Notes under the pieces: model-generated | Told to the model about the DNA's origin: nothing | The model's database searches: none | Seen by the model: only the letters and a program-made list of their open reading frames with translations | Position numbers and translations under genes: made by a program | Source: Escherichia coli | GTDB lineage: Bacteria; Pseudomonadota; Gammaproteobacteria; Enterobacterales; Enterobacteriaceae | DNA length: 64,000 nucleotides | Reading direction: 5' to 3' (one strand) | Assembly: GCF_044647545.1 (NCBI RefSeq) | Contig: NZ_CP172818.1 | Part shown: positions 12,331 to 24,699 of the stretch, piece after piece | Layout: each line of letters begins with the position of its first letter | Position numbering within the stretch: the stretch's first letter is position 1

Positions 12331-13542
12331 TTATTCTCCTTGCGGCGCGGCTGCCGGAGTATCAGCTTGCGGTGCAGGTGCAGGTGCAGGTGCAGGTGCA
12401 GGTGCAGGTGCAGGTTTAGCTTCCGTTGTCCCTGCTGCCGGTTGTGCCAGCAGGTTACGCACGCGGGTCTGCATCAATTTTTCCAGCATCGCCTGGCTTT
12501 GCAGGGTTTCCGGGAGATCCATCGAGATATTTTGCTGGCTTAACTGGTCCACCTCGTCGAGGAACGCTTTGGTGGTGGCATCATCAGTATCGTAGTAAGC
12601 ACGTACCCAAGTGGAGACATTCTCCAGCGCCTGGCGATAAGTCTCTTCCTGATGACGCGGTACAGCTTGTGCAGCGACCAGCAGGCGAGAGCGAATATTT
12701 TCGCGCAGATAGATATCCTGATTTGGCGCTAACAGCGGTACGGCGGTGTCATCACGACGGCGAATCGTAATGAAGTTGTCCATAAAGTTCTGCCAGCTTT
12801 TTTGCAGATTGATACGCCATTCGCTGATGGAACTGGAAAGCTCTTCACCGTCGGAATCCATCGGCGAACCATCGCTGTCATTATCAGCCAGACGCAGGTT
12901 ATCTACCTGATTTGAAAGCTGATTAAGCTTAAGGATAATGCCGTCATAATCCACCTGCGATACCGCAGAAAGGCTGGCGATATCATCGGTAATTGCCCGG
13001 CGAACGGTAATCAGACTCGGGTCATTCATATCCGCCAGGCTGGCGTCTGCACTTTTCAGCAACGCTGCAGCGGTCGTGACGTCCTGATCGCTCCACAGCT
13101 TCCGTCCGGCGAGTTTCACCAGGAAATCAGCCTGAGCCAGCAGCCAGGTTTTAGCATCGCTGCCGGAAATAGTCGCGACCTTTTGTTGGACTTCATCCAG
13201 CTGTTTTGCCAGCGTTTCTTGCTGACGATTCGCCTGCTCAAGCTGTACAGCTTGTTGCTTGATAATGCCTTCCAGCTCAGCTTTTTGGCTCTCCTGGGCT
13301 TTTTGCAGTGCCGTCAGCTGATTAGCCAGGGCATCGCTGGTGGCAGTCTGATTGACGGCCTGTTGTTTACCCCAGCCATACAAACCGACGCCCGCCGCCA
13401 GAGCAATAGCGATAGCCACCGCGCTGAGAATCAATGCGGTATTGTTCTTACTCTTTTTTTCTGTTGCGACAGGTTGTGACGTGGTGTCCACGGCCTCCCT
13501 GGTCTCTTCAACCACGGCGGAGGTTTTTTCTTGTTCCGTCAT
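12331..13542 (-). CDS. hemX: HemX membrane protein with C-terminal Pro-Ala repeat
   Basis: 403-aa ORF; coiled-coil-rich sequence; ends with [19 protein letters not shown] encoded by the hexanucleotide repeat at 12371..12415. Confidence 0.9.
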   Translation of the reverse strand: MTEQEKTSAVVEETREAVDTTSQPVATEKKSKNNTALILSAVAIAIALAAGVGLYGWGKQQAVNQTATSDALANQLTALQKAQESQKAELEGIIKQQAVQLEQANRQQETLAKQLDEVQQKVATISGSDAKTWLLAQADFLVKLAGRKLWSDQDVTTAAALLKSADASLADMNDPSLITVRRAITDDIASLSAVSQVDYDGIILKLNQLSNQVDNLRLADNDSDGSPMDSDGEELSSSISEWRINLQKSWQNFMDNFITIRRRDDTAVPLLAPNQDIYLRENIRSRLLVAAQAVPRHQEETYRQALENVSTWVRAYYDTDDATTKAFLDEVDQLSQQNISMDLPETLQSQAMLEKLMQTRVRNLLAQPAAGTTEAKPAPAPAPAPAPAPAPQADTPAAAPQGE

Positions 13543-13563
13543 TATGGCTTCCTGTTATGAGAG

Positions 13564-14304
13564 TTATTGTAATGCCCGTAAAAGCGCATCGTTGTCAGCG
13601 TTATCGGCGACCTTAATGTCTTGCCAGCCCAGTTCCCGGGCGAGTTTCGCCAAACGCTCACTGACGACCAATAGTCGACAGTGTAGTAACCAGTGCTCAC
13701 GATACCATTGTGGGATCAGCGACCAGAGTTGCTGCAACATTTCACCGCTGGTAACAACGACCGTCGTCACCTCGCGGGATTGCCAGCGCATCGCTTCTTC
13801 TGCACCATCGTAATGGATTGCGCATCGTTGATAACATTCACAAAAAGTGACCTCAGCACCGCGCGCCGTCAGGGTATCCCCAATTAGCTCACGACCGCCA
13901 TTGCCACGTAATATCAGCGCACGTTTGCCCGCAATATTTTGTAATTCAGGTAATTGTAGCAAGACTTCGCTGATTTCCCGATCCTGCGGGTAGAGAATCT
14001 TCTGTCCGCTTACGGTATGTAGTGCCAGTGCGGTGGTGCGTCCAATGGCGAAATAATCAGGTAGTCGGGGCCATTTACGATCTTGCTGATGCAGCTGTGA
14101 TTGGGCAAAAGCAACCGCGTGTTGCGAGAGGGCAAACAACAGATCGCTCTCCCCCAGCGCCGCCAGTTGATCAGCAAGTTGTGGTAATTGTCGACCCGGA
14201 GAAAACTCAATCAGTGGAAAATGCCAGGCCACCTGCCCCAGTGTGCGCAGACGGCTCACTAACTCTTCTCCAGCGGGAGACGGGCGGGTGACAAGGATAC
14301 TCAT
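13564..14304 (-). CDS. hemD: uroporphyrinogen-III synthase
   Basis: 246-aa ORF, 4-nt overlap with hemC stop. Confidence 0.9.
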   Translation of the reverse strand: MSILVTRPSPAGEELVSRLRTLGQVAWHFPLIEFSPGRQLPQLADQLAALGESDLLFALSQHAVAFAQSQLHQQDRKWPRLPDYFAIGRTTALALHTVSGQKILYPQDREISEVLLQLPELQNIAGKRALILRGNGGRELIGDTLTARGAEVTFCECYQRCAIHYDGAEEAMRWQSREVTTVVVTSGEMLQQLWSLIPQWYREHWLLHCRLLVVSERLAKLARELGWQDIKVADNADNDALLRALQ

Positions 14305-15242
14305 GCCGGGGCGTCTCCGTTATAGACTTCAGCGAGGATCTCGCGCGCGCCGTTATTCAGTAGCTCTTCTGCCAGCGAAATCCCCATTTGTTCGGCATCT
14401 TGCGGCGCACCGCGGCGTTCACCGCGAATAATCTGCGAACCGTCCGGCGCGCCGACCAGCGCACGCAGCCAGATTTCACCATCAATAAGCTCGGCGTAGC
14501 TACCAATTGGCACCTGACATCCGCCTTCGAGACGGGTATTCATGGCGCGTTCTGCGGTAACGCGCAGTGCAGTTTCGTGGTGATTCAGCGCGGCAAGCAG
14601 CTCGCGAGTGCGTGTATCATCAAGGCGGCATTCAATACCGACCGCACCTTGTCCTACCGCCGGAAGAGAAATCTCGGGTGGTAACGCGGCGCGAATACGT
14701 GACTCCAGACCTAAACGTTTTAGTCCGGCTACGGCAAGAATGATGGCATCGTATTCGCCGTTATCCAGTTTACTCAGGCGAGTGCCGACGTTGCCGCGCA
14801 GGGAGCGGATAATCAGATCCGGGCGGCGTTCAGCCAGTTGGCACTGGCGACGTAAACTGGACGTCCCGACGATACTGCCTGCCGGTAACGCATCCAGACT
14901 TTCATAGTTATTGGACACAAAGGCATCGCGAGGATCTTCACGCTCGCAAATGGTGACCAGCCCCAGACCTTGCGGGAATTCAACCGGCACATCTTTCATT
15001 GAATGTACGGCGATATCGGCGCGATTCTCCAGGAGCGCGACTTCCAGCTCTTTAACAAATAAGCCTTTTCCGCCTACTTTCGCCAGCGGCGTATCAAGAA
15101 TCACATCGCCGCGCGTCACCATCGGTACCAGTTCAACGACCAGGCCCGGATGGCTCGCCATCAACTTGTCTTTGACATAGTGTGCCTGCCAGAGTGCAAG
15201 TGGGCTTTGGCGTGTGGCAATTCTTAAAACATTGTCTAACAT
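14301..15242 (-). CDS. hemC: hydroxymethylbilane synthase (porphobilinogen deaminase)
   Basis: 313 aa from ATG at 15242 ([20 protein letters not shown]...); longer upstream ORF start judged unlikely. Confidence 0.9.
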   Translation of the reverse strand: MLDNVLRIATRQSPLALWQAHYVKDKLMASHPGLVVELVPMVTRGDVILDTPLAKVGGKGLFVKELEVALLENRADIAVHSMKDVPVEFPQGLGLVTICEREDPRDAFVSNNYESLDALPAGSIVGTSSLRRQCQLAERRPDLIIRSLRGNVGTRLSKLDNGEYDAIILAVAGLKRLGLESRIRAALPPEISLPAVGQGAVGIECRLDDTRTRELLAALNHHETALRVTAERAMNTRLEGGCQVPIGSYAELIDGEIWLRALVGAPDGSQIIRGERRGAPQDAEQMGISLAEELLNNGAREILAEVYNGDAPA

Positions 15243-15628
15243 GCTTGTTACCGTCATTATCATCCGTGGTCCATCCTAACATCCTTGCCAGAGCGATGTC
15301 AGTGTTGTGGTGAAACGTAGACGCCTGCGCAAACCGTAAAATGAGGTCTGGCAGTGGATCCTGACAGGCGTTTCACGCCGTCGTAATAAGGAATTTACAG
15401 AGAATAAACGGTGCTACACTTGTATGTAGCGCATCTTTCTTTACGGTCAATCAGCAAGGTGTTAAATTGATCACGTTTTAGACCATTTTTTCGTCGTGAA
15501 ACTAAAAAAACCAGGCGCGAAAAGTGGTAACGGTTACCTTTGACATACGAAATATCCCGAATGCCGCGTGTTACCGTTGATGTTGGCGGAATCACAGTCA
15601 TGACGGGTAGCAAATCAGGCGATACGTC

Positions 15629-18175
15629 TTGTACCTCTATATTGAGACTCTGAAACAGAGACTGGATGCCATAAATCAATTGCGTGTGGATCGCGCGCTT
15701 GCTGCTATGGGGCCTGCATTCCAACAGGTCTACAGTCTACTGCCGACATTGTTGCACTATCACCATCCGCTAATGCCGGGTTACCTTGATGGTAACGTTC
15801 CCAAAGGCATTTGCCTTTACACGCCTGATGAAACTCAACGCCACTACCTGAACGAGCTTGAACTGTATCGTGGAATGTCAGTACAGGACCCACCGAAAGG
15901 TGAGCTTCCAATTACTGGTGTATACACCATGGGCAGCACCTCGTCCGTAGGGCAAAGTTGTTCCTCTGACCTGGATATCTGGGTCTGTCATCAATCCTGG
16001 CTCGATAGCGAAGAGCGCCAGTTACTACAACGTAAATGCAGCCTGCTGGAAAGCTGGGCCGCCTCGCTGGGTGTGGAAGTCAGCTTCTTCCTGATTGATG
16101 AAAACCGTTTCCGTCATAATGAAAGCGGCAGCCTGGGGGGCGAAGATTGTGGCTCCACCCAGCATATACTGCTGCTTGACGAATTTTATCGTACCGCCGT
16201 GCGTCTCGCCGGTAAGCGTATTCTGTGGAATATGGTGCCGTGCGACGAAGAAGAGCATTACGACGACTATGTGATGACGCTTTACGCGCAGGGCGTGCTG
16301 ACGCCAAATGAATGGCTGGATCTCGGTGGCTTAAGCTCGCTTTCTGCTGAAGAGTACTTTGGTGCCAGCCTTTGGCAGCTCTACAAGAGTATCGATTCCC
16401 CATACAAAGCGGTGCTGAAAACACTGCTATTGGAAGCCTATTCCTGGGAATATCCCAACCCACGCCTGCTGGCGAAAGATATCAAACAGCGTTTGCACGA
16501 CGGCGAGATTGTGTCGTTTGGCCTCGATCCATACTGCATGATGCTGGAGCGTGTTACTGAGTACCTGACGGCGATTGAAGATTTCACCCGTCTGGATTTA
16601 GTACGCCGCTGCTTCTATTTAAAAGTGTGCGAAAAACTCAGCCGCGAACGCGCTTGCGTAGGCTGGCGTCGTGAAGTGCTAACCCAGTTAGTGAAAGAGT
16701 GGGAATGGGACGATGCGCGTCTGGCAATGCTCGATAACCGCGCCAACTGGAAGATTGATCAGGTGCGTGAGGCGCACAACGAGCTGCTCGACGCGATGAT
16801 GCAGAGCTACCGTAATCTGATCCGCTTTGCGCGTCGCAATAACCTTAGCGTCTCCGCCAGTCCGCAGGATATCGGCGTACTGACGCGTAAACTGTATGCC
16901 GCGTTTGAAGCATTGCCAGGTAAAGTGACGCTGGTAAACCCGCAGATTTCGCCCGATCTCTCGGAACCGAATCTGACCTTTATTTATGTACCGCCGGGCC
17001 GCGCCAACCGTTCAGGTTGGTATCTGTATAACCGCGCGCCAAATATTGAGTCAATCATCAGCCATCAGCCGCTGGAATATAACCGTTACCTGAATAAACT
17101 GGTGGCGTGGGCATGGTTTAACGGCCTGCTGACCTCGCGCACCCGTTTGTATATTAAAGGTAACGGCATTGTCGATTTGCCTAAGTTGCAGGAGATGGTC
17201 GCCGACGTGTCGCACCATTTCCCGTTGCGCCTGCCTGCACCGACGCCAAAAGCGCTCTACAGCCCGTGTGAGATCCGCCATCTGGCGATTATCGTTAACC
17301 TGGAATATGACCCGACAGCTGCGTTCCGCAATCAGGTGGTGCATTTTGATTTCCGTAAGCTGGACGTCTTCAGCTTTGGCGAGAATCAAAATTGCCTGGT
17401 AGGTAGCGTGGACCTGCTGTACCGCAACTCGTGGAACGAAGTGCGTACGTTGCACTTCAACGGCGAGCAGTCGATGATCGAAGCCCTGAAAACCATTCTC
17501 GGTAAAATGCATCAGGACGCCGCACCGCCAGATAGCGTGGAAGTCTTCTGCTACAGCCAGCATCTGCGCGGATTAATCCGTACTCGCGTGCAGCAACTGG
17601 TTTCTGAGTGCATTGAACTGCGTCTTTCCAGCACCCGCCAGGAAACTGGGCGCTTCAAGGCGCTGCGCGTTTCTGGTCAAACCTGGGGCTTATTCTTCGA
17701 ACGCCTGAATGTATCGGTACAGAAACTGGAAAATGCCATCGAGTTTTATGGCGCTATTTCGCATAACAAACTGCACGGCCTGTCAGTGCAGGTTGAAACC
17801 AATCACGTCAAATTACCGGCGGTGGTGGACGGCTTTGCCAGCGAAGGGATCATCCAGTTCTTCTTCGAAGAAACGCAAGACGAGAATGGCTTTAATATCT
17901 ACATTCTCGACGAAAGCAACCGGGTTGAGGTGTATCACCACTGCGAAGGCAGCAAAGAGGAGCTGGTGCGTGACGTCAGTCGCTTCTACTCGTCATCGCA
18001 CGACCGTTTTACCTACGGCTCAAGCTTCATCAACTTCAACCTGCCGCAGTTCTATCAGATTGTGAAGGTTGATGGTCGTGAACAGGTGATTCCGTTCCGC
18101 ACCAAATCGATTGGCAACATGCCGCCTGCCAATCAGGATCACGACACGCCGCTATTACAGCAGTATTTTTCGTGA
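15629..18175 (+). CDS. cyaA: class I adenylate cyclase
   Basis: 848-aa ORF starting with TTG at 15629 ([27 protein letters not shown]...); divergent from hemC. Confidence 0.95.
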   Translation: MYLYIETLKQRLDAINQLRVDRALAAMGPAFQQVYSLLPTLLHYHHPLMPGYLDGNVPKGICLYTPDETQRHYLNELELYRGMSVQDPPKGELPITGVYTMGSTSSVGQSCSSDLDIWVCHQSWLDSEERQLLQRKCSLLESWAASLGVEVSFFLIDENRFRHNESGSLGGEDCGSTQHILLLDEFYRTAVRLAGKRILWNMVPCDEEEHYDDYVMTLYAQGVLTPNEWLDLGGLSSLSAEEYFGASLWQLYKSIDSPYKAVLKTLLLEAYSWEYPNPRLLAKDIKQRLHDGEIVSFGLDPYCMMLERVTEYLTAIEDFTRLDLVRRCFYLKVCEKLSRERACVGWRREVLTQLVKEWEWDDARLAMLDNRANWKIDQVREAHNELLDAMMQSYRNLIRFARRNNLSVSASPQDIGVLTRKLYAAFEALPGKVTLVNPQISPDLSEPNLTFIYVPPGRANRSGWYLYNRAPNIESIISHQPLEYNRYLNKLVAWAWFNGLLTSRTRLYIKGNGIVDLPKLQEMVADVSHHFPLRLPAPTPKALYSPCEIRHLAIIVNLEYDPTAAFRNQVVHFDFRKLDVFSFGENQNCLVGSVDLLYRNSWNEVRTLHFNGEQSMIEALKTILGKMHQDAAPPDSVEVFCYSQHLRGLIRTRVQQLVSECIELRLSSTRQETGRFKALRVSGQTWGLFFERLNVSVQKLENAIEFYGAISHNKLHGLSVQVETNHVKLPAVVDGFASEGIIQFFFEETQDENGFNIYILDESNRVEVYHHCEGSKEELVRDVSRFYSSSHDRFTYGSSFINFNLPQFYQIVKVDGREQVIPFRTKSIGNMPPANQDHDTPLLQQYFS

Positions 18176-18214
18176 TGAGCGTGCCGGAAAGCGAGGCTTA
18201 TCCGGCATGCAATC

Positions 18215-18535
18215 TTAGCGGAAACTGACTGTTTCACCCGCTTGCTGCGTTGCCGCCTGTTCCAGCAAATCCCAGAAGGTTTCGCCGCTACGATCGCAAA
18301 TCCACTCATCGCCTTTCATATCAAAATGGTAGCCGCCCTGTTTGGTTGCCAGCCATACCTGGTGCAGCGGTTCCTGGCGGTTGATAATGATTTTGCTCCC
18401 GTTTTCAAAGGTAATGGTCAGCACACCGCCGTTGATTTCGCAGTCGATATCGCTATCGCCATCCCAGTCGTCCAGACGCTCTTCAATGGTCAGCCACAGT
18501 TGATCAGCCAGGCGATGAAATTCACTGTCGTTCAT
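18215..18535 (-). CDS. cyaY: frataxin homolog CyaY (iron-sulfur cluster assembly)
   Basis: 106-aa [36 protein letters not shown]... Confidence 0.9.
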   Translation of the reverse strand: MNDSEFHRLADQLWLTIEERLDDWDGDSDIDCEINGGVLTITFENGSKIIINRQEPLHQVWLATKQGGYHFDMKGDEWICDRSGETFWDLLEQAATQQAGETVSFR

Positions 18536-19004
18536 TGTTGTATCCTGTTTTTAAGTGATGGCGGCAGTATAGCGGTATGGGGTCAGGGCTTCAAAGTTTG
18601 CCCGTCTGCGGCTGCGTTACGGCATGATTCATCCGTCAACGGAATAATAATATCTCTATATAGCGAAAGATTGGTCTTTTCATAAGGGCGCAGGTACACC
18701 ACGCCTTTTCCCTGTTTCTGGTAAATATTATGTTCCGGCTCATCAAGCCGACATCCCCATGCCGATGATAAAAACAACGAACAAGACAACAAACAAACCA
18801 CATTGCGATAGTGCATAAAGCCATCCTGGCGCGAGGTGCCGATCACGAAACTACCAGCAAAACATAAATCGCCACGTGTAAGCGTTATACTCGCAGCATT
18901 TCCTCACTTTTCAGACTTCATAAAGAGTCGCTAAACGCTTGCTTTTACGCCTTCTCCTGCGATGATAGAAAGCAGAAAGCGATGAACTTTACAGGCAATC
19001 CATA

Positions 19005-19208
19005 ATGAAAAACGTGTTTAAGGCACTCACTGTATTACTTACTCTCTTCAGCCTGACGGGCTGCGGTCTGAAAGGTCCGCTCTATTTCCCGCCTGCAGAT
19101 AAAAACGCACCGCCGCCGACCAAACCGGTAGAGACGCAAACGCAATCCACGGTGCCGGATAAAAACGATCGCGCCACTGGCGATGGTCCATCCCAGGTGA
19201 ATTACTAA
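19005..19208 (+). CDS. yifL: small lipoprotein
   Basis: 67-aa ORF with signal peptide and lipobox LTGC. Confidence 0.8.
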   Translation: MKNVFKALTVLLTLFSLTGCGLKGPLYFPPADKNAPPPTKPVETQTQSTVPDKNDRATGDGPSQVNY

Positions 19209-19244
19209 AAGTCAGTTTCTGTACCCGCGTGATTGGAGTAAATG

Positions 19245-20069
19245 ATGCAGTTCTCGAAAATGCATGGCCTTGGCAACGATTTTATGGTCGTCGACGCGGT
19301 AACGCAGAATGTCTTTTTTTCACCGGAGCTGATTCGTCGCCTGGCTGATCGGCACCTGGGGGTAGGGTTTGACCAGCTGCTGGTGGTTGAGCCGCCGTAT
19401 GATCCTGAACTGGATTTTCACTATCGCATTTTCAATGCTGATGGCAGTGAAGTGGCGCAGTGCGGCAACGGAGCACGCTGCTTTGCCCGTTTTGTGCGTC
19501 TGAAAGGGCTGACCAATAAGCGCGATATCCGCGTCAGCACCGCCAACGGACGGATGGTGTTGACCGTCACCGATGATGATCTGGTCCGCGTCAATATGGG
19601 CGAACCCAACTTCGAACCTTCTGCCGTGCCATTTCGCGCTAACAAAGCGGAAAAGACCTATATTATGCGCGCCGCCGAGCAGACAATCTTATGTGGCGTG
19701 GTGTCGATGGGAAATCCGCACTGCGTGATTCAGGTCGATGATGTCGATACCGCGGCGGTAGAAACGCTTGGTCCTGTTCTGGAAAGCCACGAACGTTTCC
19801 CGGAGCGCGCCAATATCGGTTTTATGCAAGTGGTTAAGCGCGAGCATATTCGTTTACGCGTTTATGAGCGTGGGGCAGGAGAAACCCAGGCCTGCGGCAG
19901 CGGCGCGTGTGCGGCGGTGGCGGTAGGGATTCAGCAAGGTTTGCTGGCCGAAGAAGTACGCGTGGAACTCCCCGGCGGTCGTCTTGATATCGCCTGGAAA
20001 GGTCCGGGTCACCCGTTATATATGACTGGCCCGGCGGTACATGTCTACGACGGATTTATTCATCTATGA
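19245..20069 (+). CDS. dapF: diaminopimelate epimerase
   Basis: 274 aa from second ATG ([17 protein letters not shown]...); catalytic Cys motifs GNGARC and CGSGACA. Confidence 0.95.
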
Positions 20070-20773
20070 AGCAACCAGGGGAAGAACTGCAGGAAACACT
20101 CACGGAGCTTGATGACCGGGCGGTTGTCGATTATCTGATTAAAAATCCTGAGTTTTTTATCCGCAATGCGCGCGCAGTAGAAGCGATACGTGTGCCGCAT
20201 CCGGTACGCGGCACCGTTTCGTTGGTCGAGTGGCACATGGCCCGCGCACGTAATCACATTCATGTTCTGGAAGAGAACATGGCGCTGTTGATGGAACAGG
20301 CTATCGCCAACGAAGGCCTGTTTTATCGCTTACTCTACTTGCAGCGTAGTCTCACCGCCGCCAGCAGTCTCGACGATATGCTGATGCGCTTTCACCGCTG
20401 GGCGCGCGATCTCGGCCTGGCGGGTGCGAGCCTGCGCCTGTTCCCGGATCGCTGGCGTTTAGGTGCGCCGTCGAACCACACTCATCTGGCATTAAGCCGT
20501 CAGTCTTTCGAACCGCTGCGTATTCAGCGTCTGGGGCAGGAACAGCACTATCTGGGACCGCTTAACGGACCGGAGCTTCTGGTGGTGCTACCGGAAGCGA
20601 AAGCGGTGGGATCGGTGGCGATGTCGATGCTGGGAAGCGATGCTGATTTGGGTGTTGTGTTGTTTACCAGTCGCGATGCCAGTCACTATCAACAAGGGCA
20701 GGGAACGCAGTTACTTCATGAAATTGCGCTGATGTTGCCGGAGCTTCTGGAGCGTTGGATTGAACGCGTATGA
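20066..20773 (+). CDS. yigA: DUF484-family protein
   Basis: 235-aa ORF overlapping dapF stop and xerC start; conserved dapF-yigA-xerC-yigB operon. Confidence 0.85.
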
Positions 20774-21666
20774 CCGATTTACACACCGATGTAGAACGCT
20801 ACCTACGTTATCTGAGCGTGGAGCGTCAGCTTAGCCCGATAACCCTGCTTAACTATCAGCGTCAGCTTGAGGCGATCATCAATTTTGCCAGTGAAAACGG
20901 CCTGCAAAGCTGGCAGCAATGTGATGTGACGATGGTGCGCAATTTCGCTGTACGCAGTCGCCGTAAAGGGCTGGGAGCTGCAAGTCTGGCGTTACGGCTT
21001 TCTGCGCTACGTAGCTTTTTTGATTGGCTGGTCAGCCAGAACGAACTCAAAGCCAACCCGGCGAAAGGTGTTTCGGCACCGAAAGCGCCGCGTCATCTGC
21101 CGAAAAACATCGACGTCGATGATATGAATCGGCTGCTGGATATTGATATCAACGATCCCCTCGCCGTGCGCGATCGGGCAATGCTGGAAGTGATGTACGG
21201 CGCGGGTCTGCGTCTTTCCGAGCTGGTGGGGCTGGATATCAAACACCTCGACCTGGAGTCTGGTGAAGTGTGGGTTATGGGAAAAGGCAGCAAAGAGCGC
21301 CGCCTGCCGATTGGTCGCAACGCTGTGGCGTGGATTGAGCACTGGCTTGATTTGCGCGACCTGTTTGGGAGCGAAGACGACGCGCTTTTTCTGTCGAAAC
21401 TGGGCAAGCGTATCTCCGCGCGTAATGTGCAGAAACGCTTTGCCGAATGGGGCATCAAACAAGGGCTGAATAATCACGTTCACCCGCATAAATTACGTCA
21501 CTCGTTCGCTACGCATATGCTGGAGTCGAGCGGCGATCTTCGTGGTGTGCAGGAGCTGCTGGGTCATGCCAACCTCTCCACCACGCAAATCTATACTCAT
21601 CTTGATTTTCAACACCTTGCCTCGGTGTACGATGCGGCGCATCCACGCGCCAAACGGGGGAAATAA
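20770..21666 (+). CDS. xerC: site-specific tyrosine recombinase XerC
   Basis: 298-aa ORF; C-terminal recombinase motifs ([12 protein letters not shown]...[15 protein letters not shown]). Confidence 0.95.
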
Positions 21667-22382
21667 TGCGTTTTTACCGGCCTTTGGGGCGCATCTCGGC
21701 GCTCACCTTTGACCTGGATGATACCCTTTACGATAACCGTCCGGTGATTTTGCGCACCGAGCGAGAGGCGCTTACCTTTGTGCAAAATTATCATCCGGCG
21801 CTGCGCAGCTTCCAGAATGAAGATCTGCAACGCCTGCGCCAGGCGGTACGGGAAGCGGAACCCGAGATTTATCACGACGTGACGCGCTGGCGTTTTCGTT
21901 CGATTGAACAAGCCATGCTCGACGCCGGGCTGAGTGCCGAAGAAGCCAGTGCAGGCGCACACGCAGCAATGATCAACTTTGCCAAATGGCGCAGCCGAAT
22001 CGATGTCCCGCAGCAAACCCACGACACCTTAAAACAGCTGGCGAAGAAATGGCCGCTGGTGGCGATCACCAACGGTAACGCCCAGCCGGAGCTGTTTGGT
22101 TTAGGGGATTATTTTGAGTTTGTGTTGCGCGCTGGCCCGCACGGGCGCTCAAAACCGTTCAGCGATATGTACTTCCTGGCGGCGGAAAAACTCAACGTGC
22201 CGATCGGCGAGATCTTACATGTCGGGGACGATCTCACCACTGACGTGGGTGGGGCAATTCGCAGCGGAATGCAGGCCTGTTGGATCAGACCGGAAAATGG
22301 CGATCTGATGCAAACCTGGGACAGCCGTTTACTCCCGCATCTGGAAATTTCCCGGTTGGCATCTCTGACCTCGCTGATATAA
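21666..22382 (+). CDS. yigB: HAD-superfamily phosphatase (5-amino-6-(5-phospho-D-ribitylamino)uracil phosphatase)
   Basis: 238-aa ORF with HAD motif I (FDLDDTLYD); 1-nt overlap with xerC stop. Confidence 0.85.
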
Positions 22383-22391
22383 TCAGCAAAT

Positions 22392-22407
22392 CTGTATATA
22401 TACCCAG
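22392..22407 (+). promoter_or_regulatory. LexA (SOS) box in the uvrD promoter
   Basis: ctgtatatatacccag fits CTGT-N8-ACAG, about 60 nt upstream of the uvrD ATG. Confidence 0.8.
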
Positions 22408-22465
22408 CTTTTTGGCGGAGGGCGTTGCGCTTCTCCGCCCAACCTATTTTTACGCGGCGGTGCCA

Positions 22466-24628
22466 ATGGACGTTTCTTACCTGCTCGACAGCCTTAATGA
22501 CAAACAGCGCGAAGCGGTAGCCGCGCCACGCAGCAACCTTCTGGTGCTGGCGGGCGCGGGCAGTGGTAAGACGCGCGTACTGGTGCATCGTATCGCCTGG
22601 CTGATGAGCGTGGAAAACTGCTCGCCATACTCGATTATGGCGGTAACGTTTACCAACAAAGCGGCGGCGGAGATGCGTCATCGTATCGGGCAGCTGATGG
22701 GCACCAGCCAGGGCGGCATGTGGGTCGGCACCTTCCACGGGCTGGCGCACCGTCTGCTGCGTGCGCACCATATGGACGCCAATCTGCCGCAGGATTTTCA
22801 GATCCTCGACAGCGAGGACCAGCTACGCCTGCTCAAACGCCTAATCAAGGCGATGAACCTCGACGAGAAGCAGTGGCCGCCGCGCCAGGCAATGTGGTAC
22901 ATCAACAGCCAGAAAGATGAAGGCCTGCGTCCACATCATATTCAAAGCTACGGTAATCCGGTGGAGCAGACCTGGCAGAAGGTGTATCAGGCGTATCAGG
23001 AAGCGTGTGACCGCGCGGGCCTGGTGGACTTCGCCGAGCTGCTGCTACGTGCTCACGAGTTGTGGCTTAACAAACCGCATATCCTTCAGCACTATCGCGA
23101 ACGGTTTACCAATATCCTGGTGGACGAATTCCAGGATACCAACAACATTCAGTATGCGTGGATCCGCCTGCTGGCGGGCGATACCGGCAAAGTGATGATC
23201 GTTGGCGATGACGATCAGTCAATCTACGGCTGGCGCGGAGCGCAGGTGGAGAATATTCAGCGTTTCCTCAATGATTTCCCCGGTGCTGAAACTATCCGTC
23301 TGGAGCAGAACTACCGCTCTACCAGCAATATTCTGAGCGCCGCGAACGCTCTGATTGAAAACAACAACGGGCGTTTGGGTAAAAAACTGTGGACCGATGG
23401 CGCGGATGGTGAGCCTATTTCCCTCTATTGCGCTTTTAACGAACTCGATGAAGCGCGTTTTGTGGTTAACCGTATCAAAACCTGGCAGGACAACGGCGGG
23501 GCGCTTGCCGAGTGCGCCATTCTCTACCGCAGCAACGCCCAGTCGCGTGTGCTGGAAGAAGCACTGTTACAGGCAAGTATGCCGTACCGTATTTACGGCG
23601 GGATGCGCTTCTTCGAACGCCAGGAAATCAAAGACGCGCTCTCGTATCTGCGCCTGATTGCCAACCGCAACGACGACGCGGCCTTTGAGCGTGTGGTTAA
23701 TACGCCAACGCGGGGTATTGGTGACCGGACGCTGGACGTGGTACGTCAGACATCGCGTGATCGCCAGTTAACACTCTGGCAGGCATGTCGTGAACTGTTG
23801 CAGGAAAAAGCCCTCGCCGGACGTGCTGCCAGTGCCTTACAGCGGTTTATGGAACTGATCGACGCCTTAGCGCAGGAAACTGCCGATATGCCGCTGCATG
23901 TACAGACTGACCGGGTAATTAAAGACTCCGGCTTGCGCACCATGTACGAGCAGGAGAAGGGCGAAAAAGGTCAGACGCGTATCGAAAACCTGGAGGAACT
24001 GGTGACGGCAACGCGCCAGTTCAGCTACAACGAAGAAGACGAAGATTTAATGCCGCTGCAGGCATTCCTCTCCCATGCGGCGCTGGAAGCGGGCGAGGGG
24101 CAGGCGGATACCTGGCAGGACGCGGTGCAGTTGATGACGCTACACTCGGCGAAAGGCCTGGAGTTCCCGCAGGTGTTTATCGTTGGTATGGAAGAGGGCA
24201 TGTTCCCAAGCCAGATGTCGCTGGATGAAGGCGGACGTCTGGAAGAAGAACGCCGTCTGGCCTACGTTGGCGTAACCCGCGCGATGCAGAAACTGACGCT
24301 GACCTACGCGGAAACTCGCCGTCTGTATGGCAAAGAGGTTTACCATCGCCCGTCGCGCTTTATCGGTGAGTTGCCGGAAGAGTGTGTGGAAGAGGTGCGC
24401 CTGCGCGCTACGGTAAGCCGCCCGGTCAGCCATCAACGGATGGGTACGCCGATGGTCGAGAACGACAGCGGCTACAAGCTCGGCCAGCGCGTACGCCACG
24501 CTAAGTTTGGTGAAGGCACCATCGTCAATATGGAAGGCAGCGGCGAGCATAGCCGTTTGCAGGTGGCATTCCAGGGCCAGGGTATTAAATGGCTGGTGGC
24601 GGCTTATGCCCGACTGGAGACGGTGTAA
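22466..24628 (+). CDS. uvrD: DNA helicase II (UvrD)
   Basis: 720 aa from ATG at 22466 (MDVSYLLDSLNDKQREAVAAPRSNLLVLAGAGSGKTRVLV...); Walker A GAGSGKT; the ORF-track start at 22280 is too far upstream. Confidence 0.95.
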   Translation: MDVSYLLDSLNDKQREAVAAPRSNLLVLAGAGSGKTRVLVHRIAWLMSVENCSPYSIMAVTFTNKAAAEMRHRIGQLMGTSQGGMWVGTFHGLAHRLLRAHHMDANLPQDFQILDSEDQLRLLKRLIKAMNLDEKQWPPRQAMWYINSQKDEGLRPHHIQSYGNPVEQTWQKVYQAYQEACDRAGLVDFAELLLRAHELWLNKPHILQHYRERFTNILVDEFQDTNNIQYAWIRLLAGDTGKVMIVGDDDQSIYGWRGAQVENIQRFLNDFPGAETIRLEQNYRSTSNILSAANALIENNNGRLGKKLWTDGADGEPISLYCAFNELDEARFVVNRIKTWQDNGGALAECAILYRSNAQSRVLEEALLQASMPYRIYGGMRFFERQEIKDALSYLRLIANRNDDAAFERVVNTPTRGIGDRTLDVVRQTSRDRQLTLWQACRELLQEKALAGRAASALQRFMELIDALAQETADMPLHVQTDRVIKDSGLRTMYEQEKGEKGQTRIENLEELVTATRQFSYNEEDEDLMPLQAFLSHAALEAGEGQADTWQDAVQLMTLHSAKGLEFPQVFIVGMEEGMFPSQMSLDEGGRLEEERRLAYVGVTRAMQKLTLTYAETRRLYGKEVYHRPSRFIGELPEECVEEVRLRATVSRPVSHQRMGTPMVENDSGYKLGQRVRHAKFGEGTIVNMEGSGEHSRLQVAFQGQGIKWLVAAYARLETV

Positions 24629-24699
24629 TTTACAACTCCGTTGCAGGATGCGGTGCGCCACACCGCATTCGGCATCAGCACCTTACTTAGCGCACTTCT

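Noticed and set aside
12340-12543. Plus-strand ORF encoding RCRCRCRC... opposite hemX
   Set aside because: Alternative-frame reading of the hexanucleotide repeat inside hemX; not a gene and not a CRISPR array (no spacers, repeat unit only 6 nt).
14022-17563. Numerous ORFs of 60-250 aa antisense to hemD, hemC, cyaA, fadB, aslA and other genes in the ORF track
   Set aside because: They lie entirely within and opposite well-supported genes; typical of GC-rich coding DNA; none has independent support.
18583-18846. 87-aa minus-strand ORF in the cyaY-yifL spacer
   Set aside because: Poor coding appearance and no RBS; I recall a hypothetical gene (yzcX) once annotated here and later withdrawn; treated as non-coding promoter region.
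22280-22465. Upstream extension of uvrD (ORF-track start at 22280) and similar long starts for hemC, fadB, corA, tatD, yigL, ubiJ, fre, tatA
   Set aside because: The extensions overlap upstream genes or promoter elements (for uvrD, the LexA box) and give lengths inconsistent with the recalled proteins; internal ATG/GTG starts were chosen.
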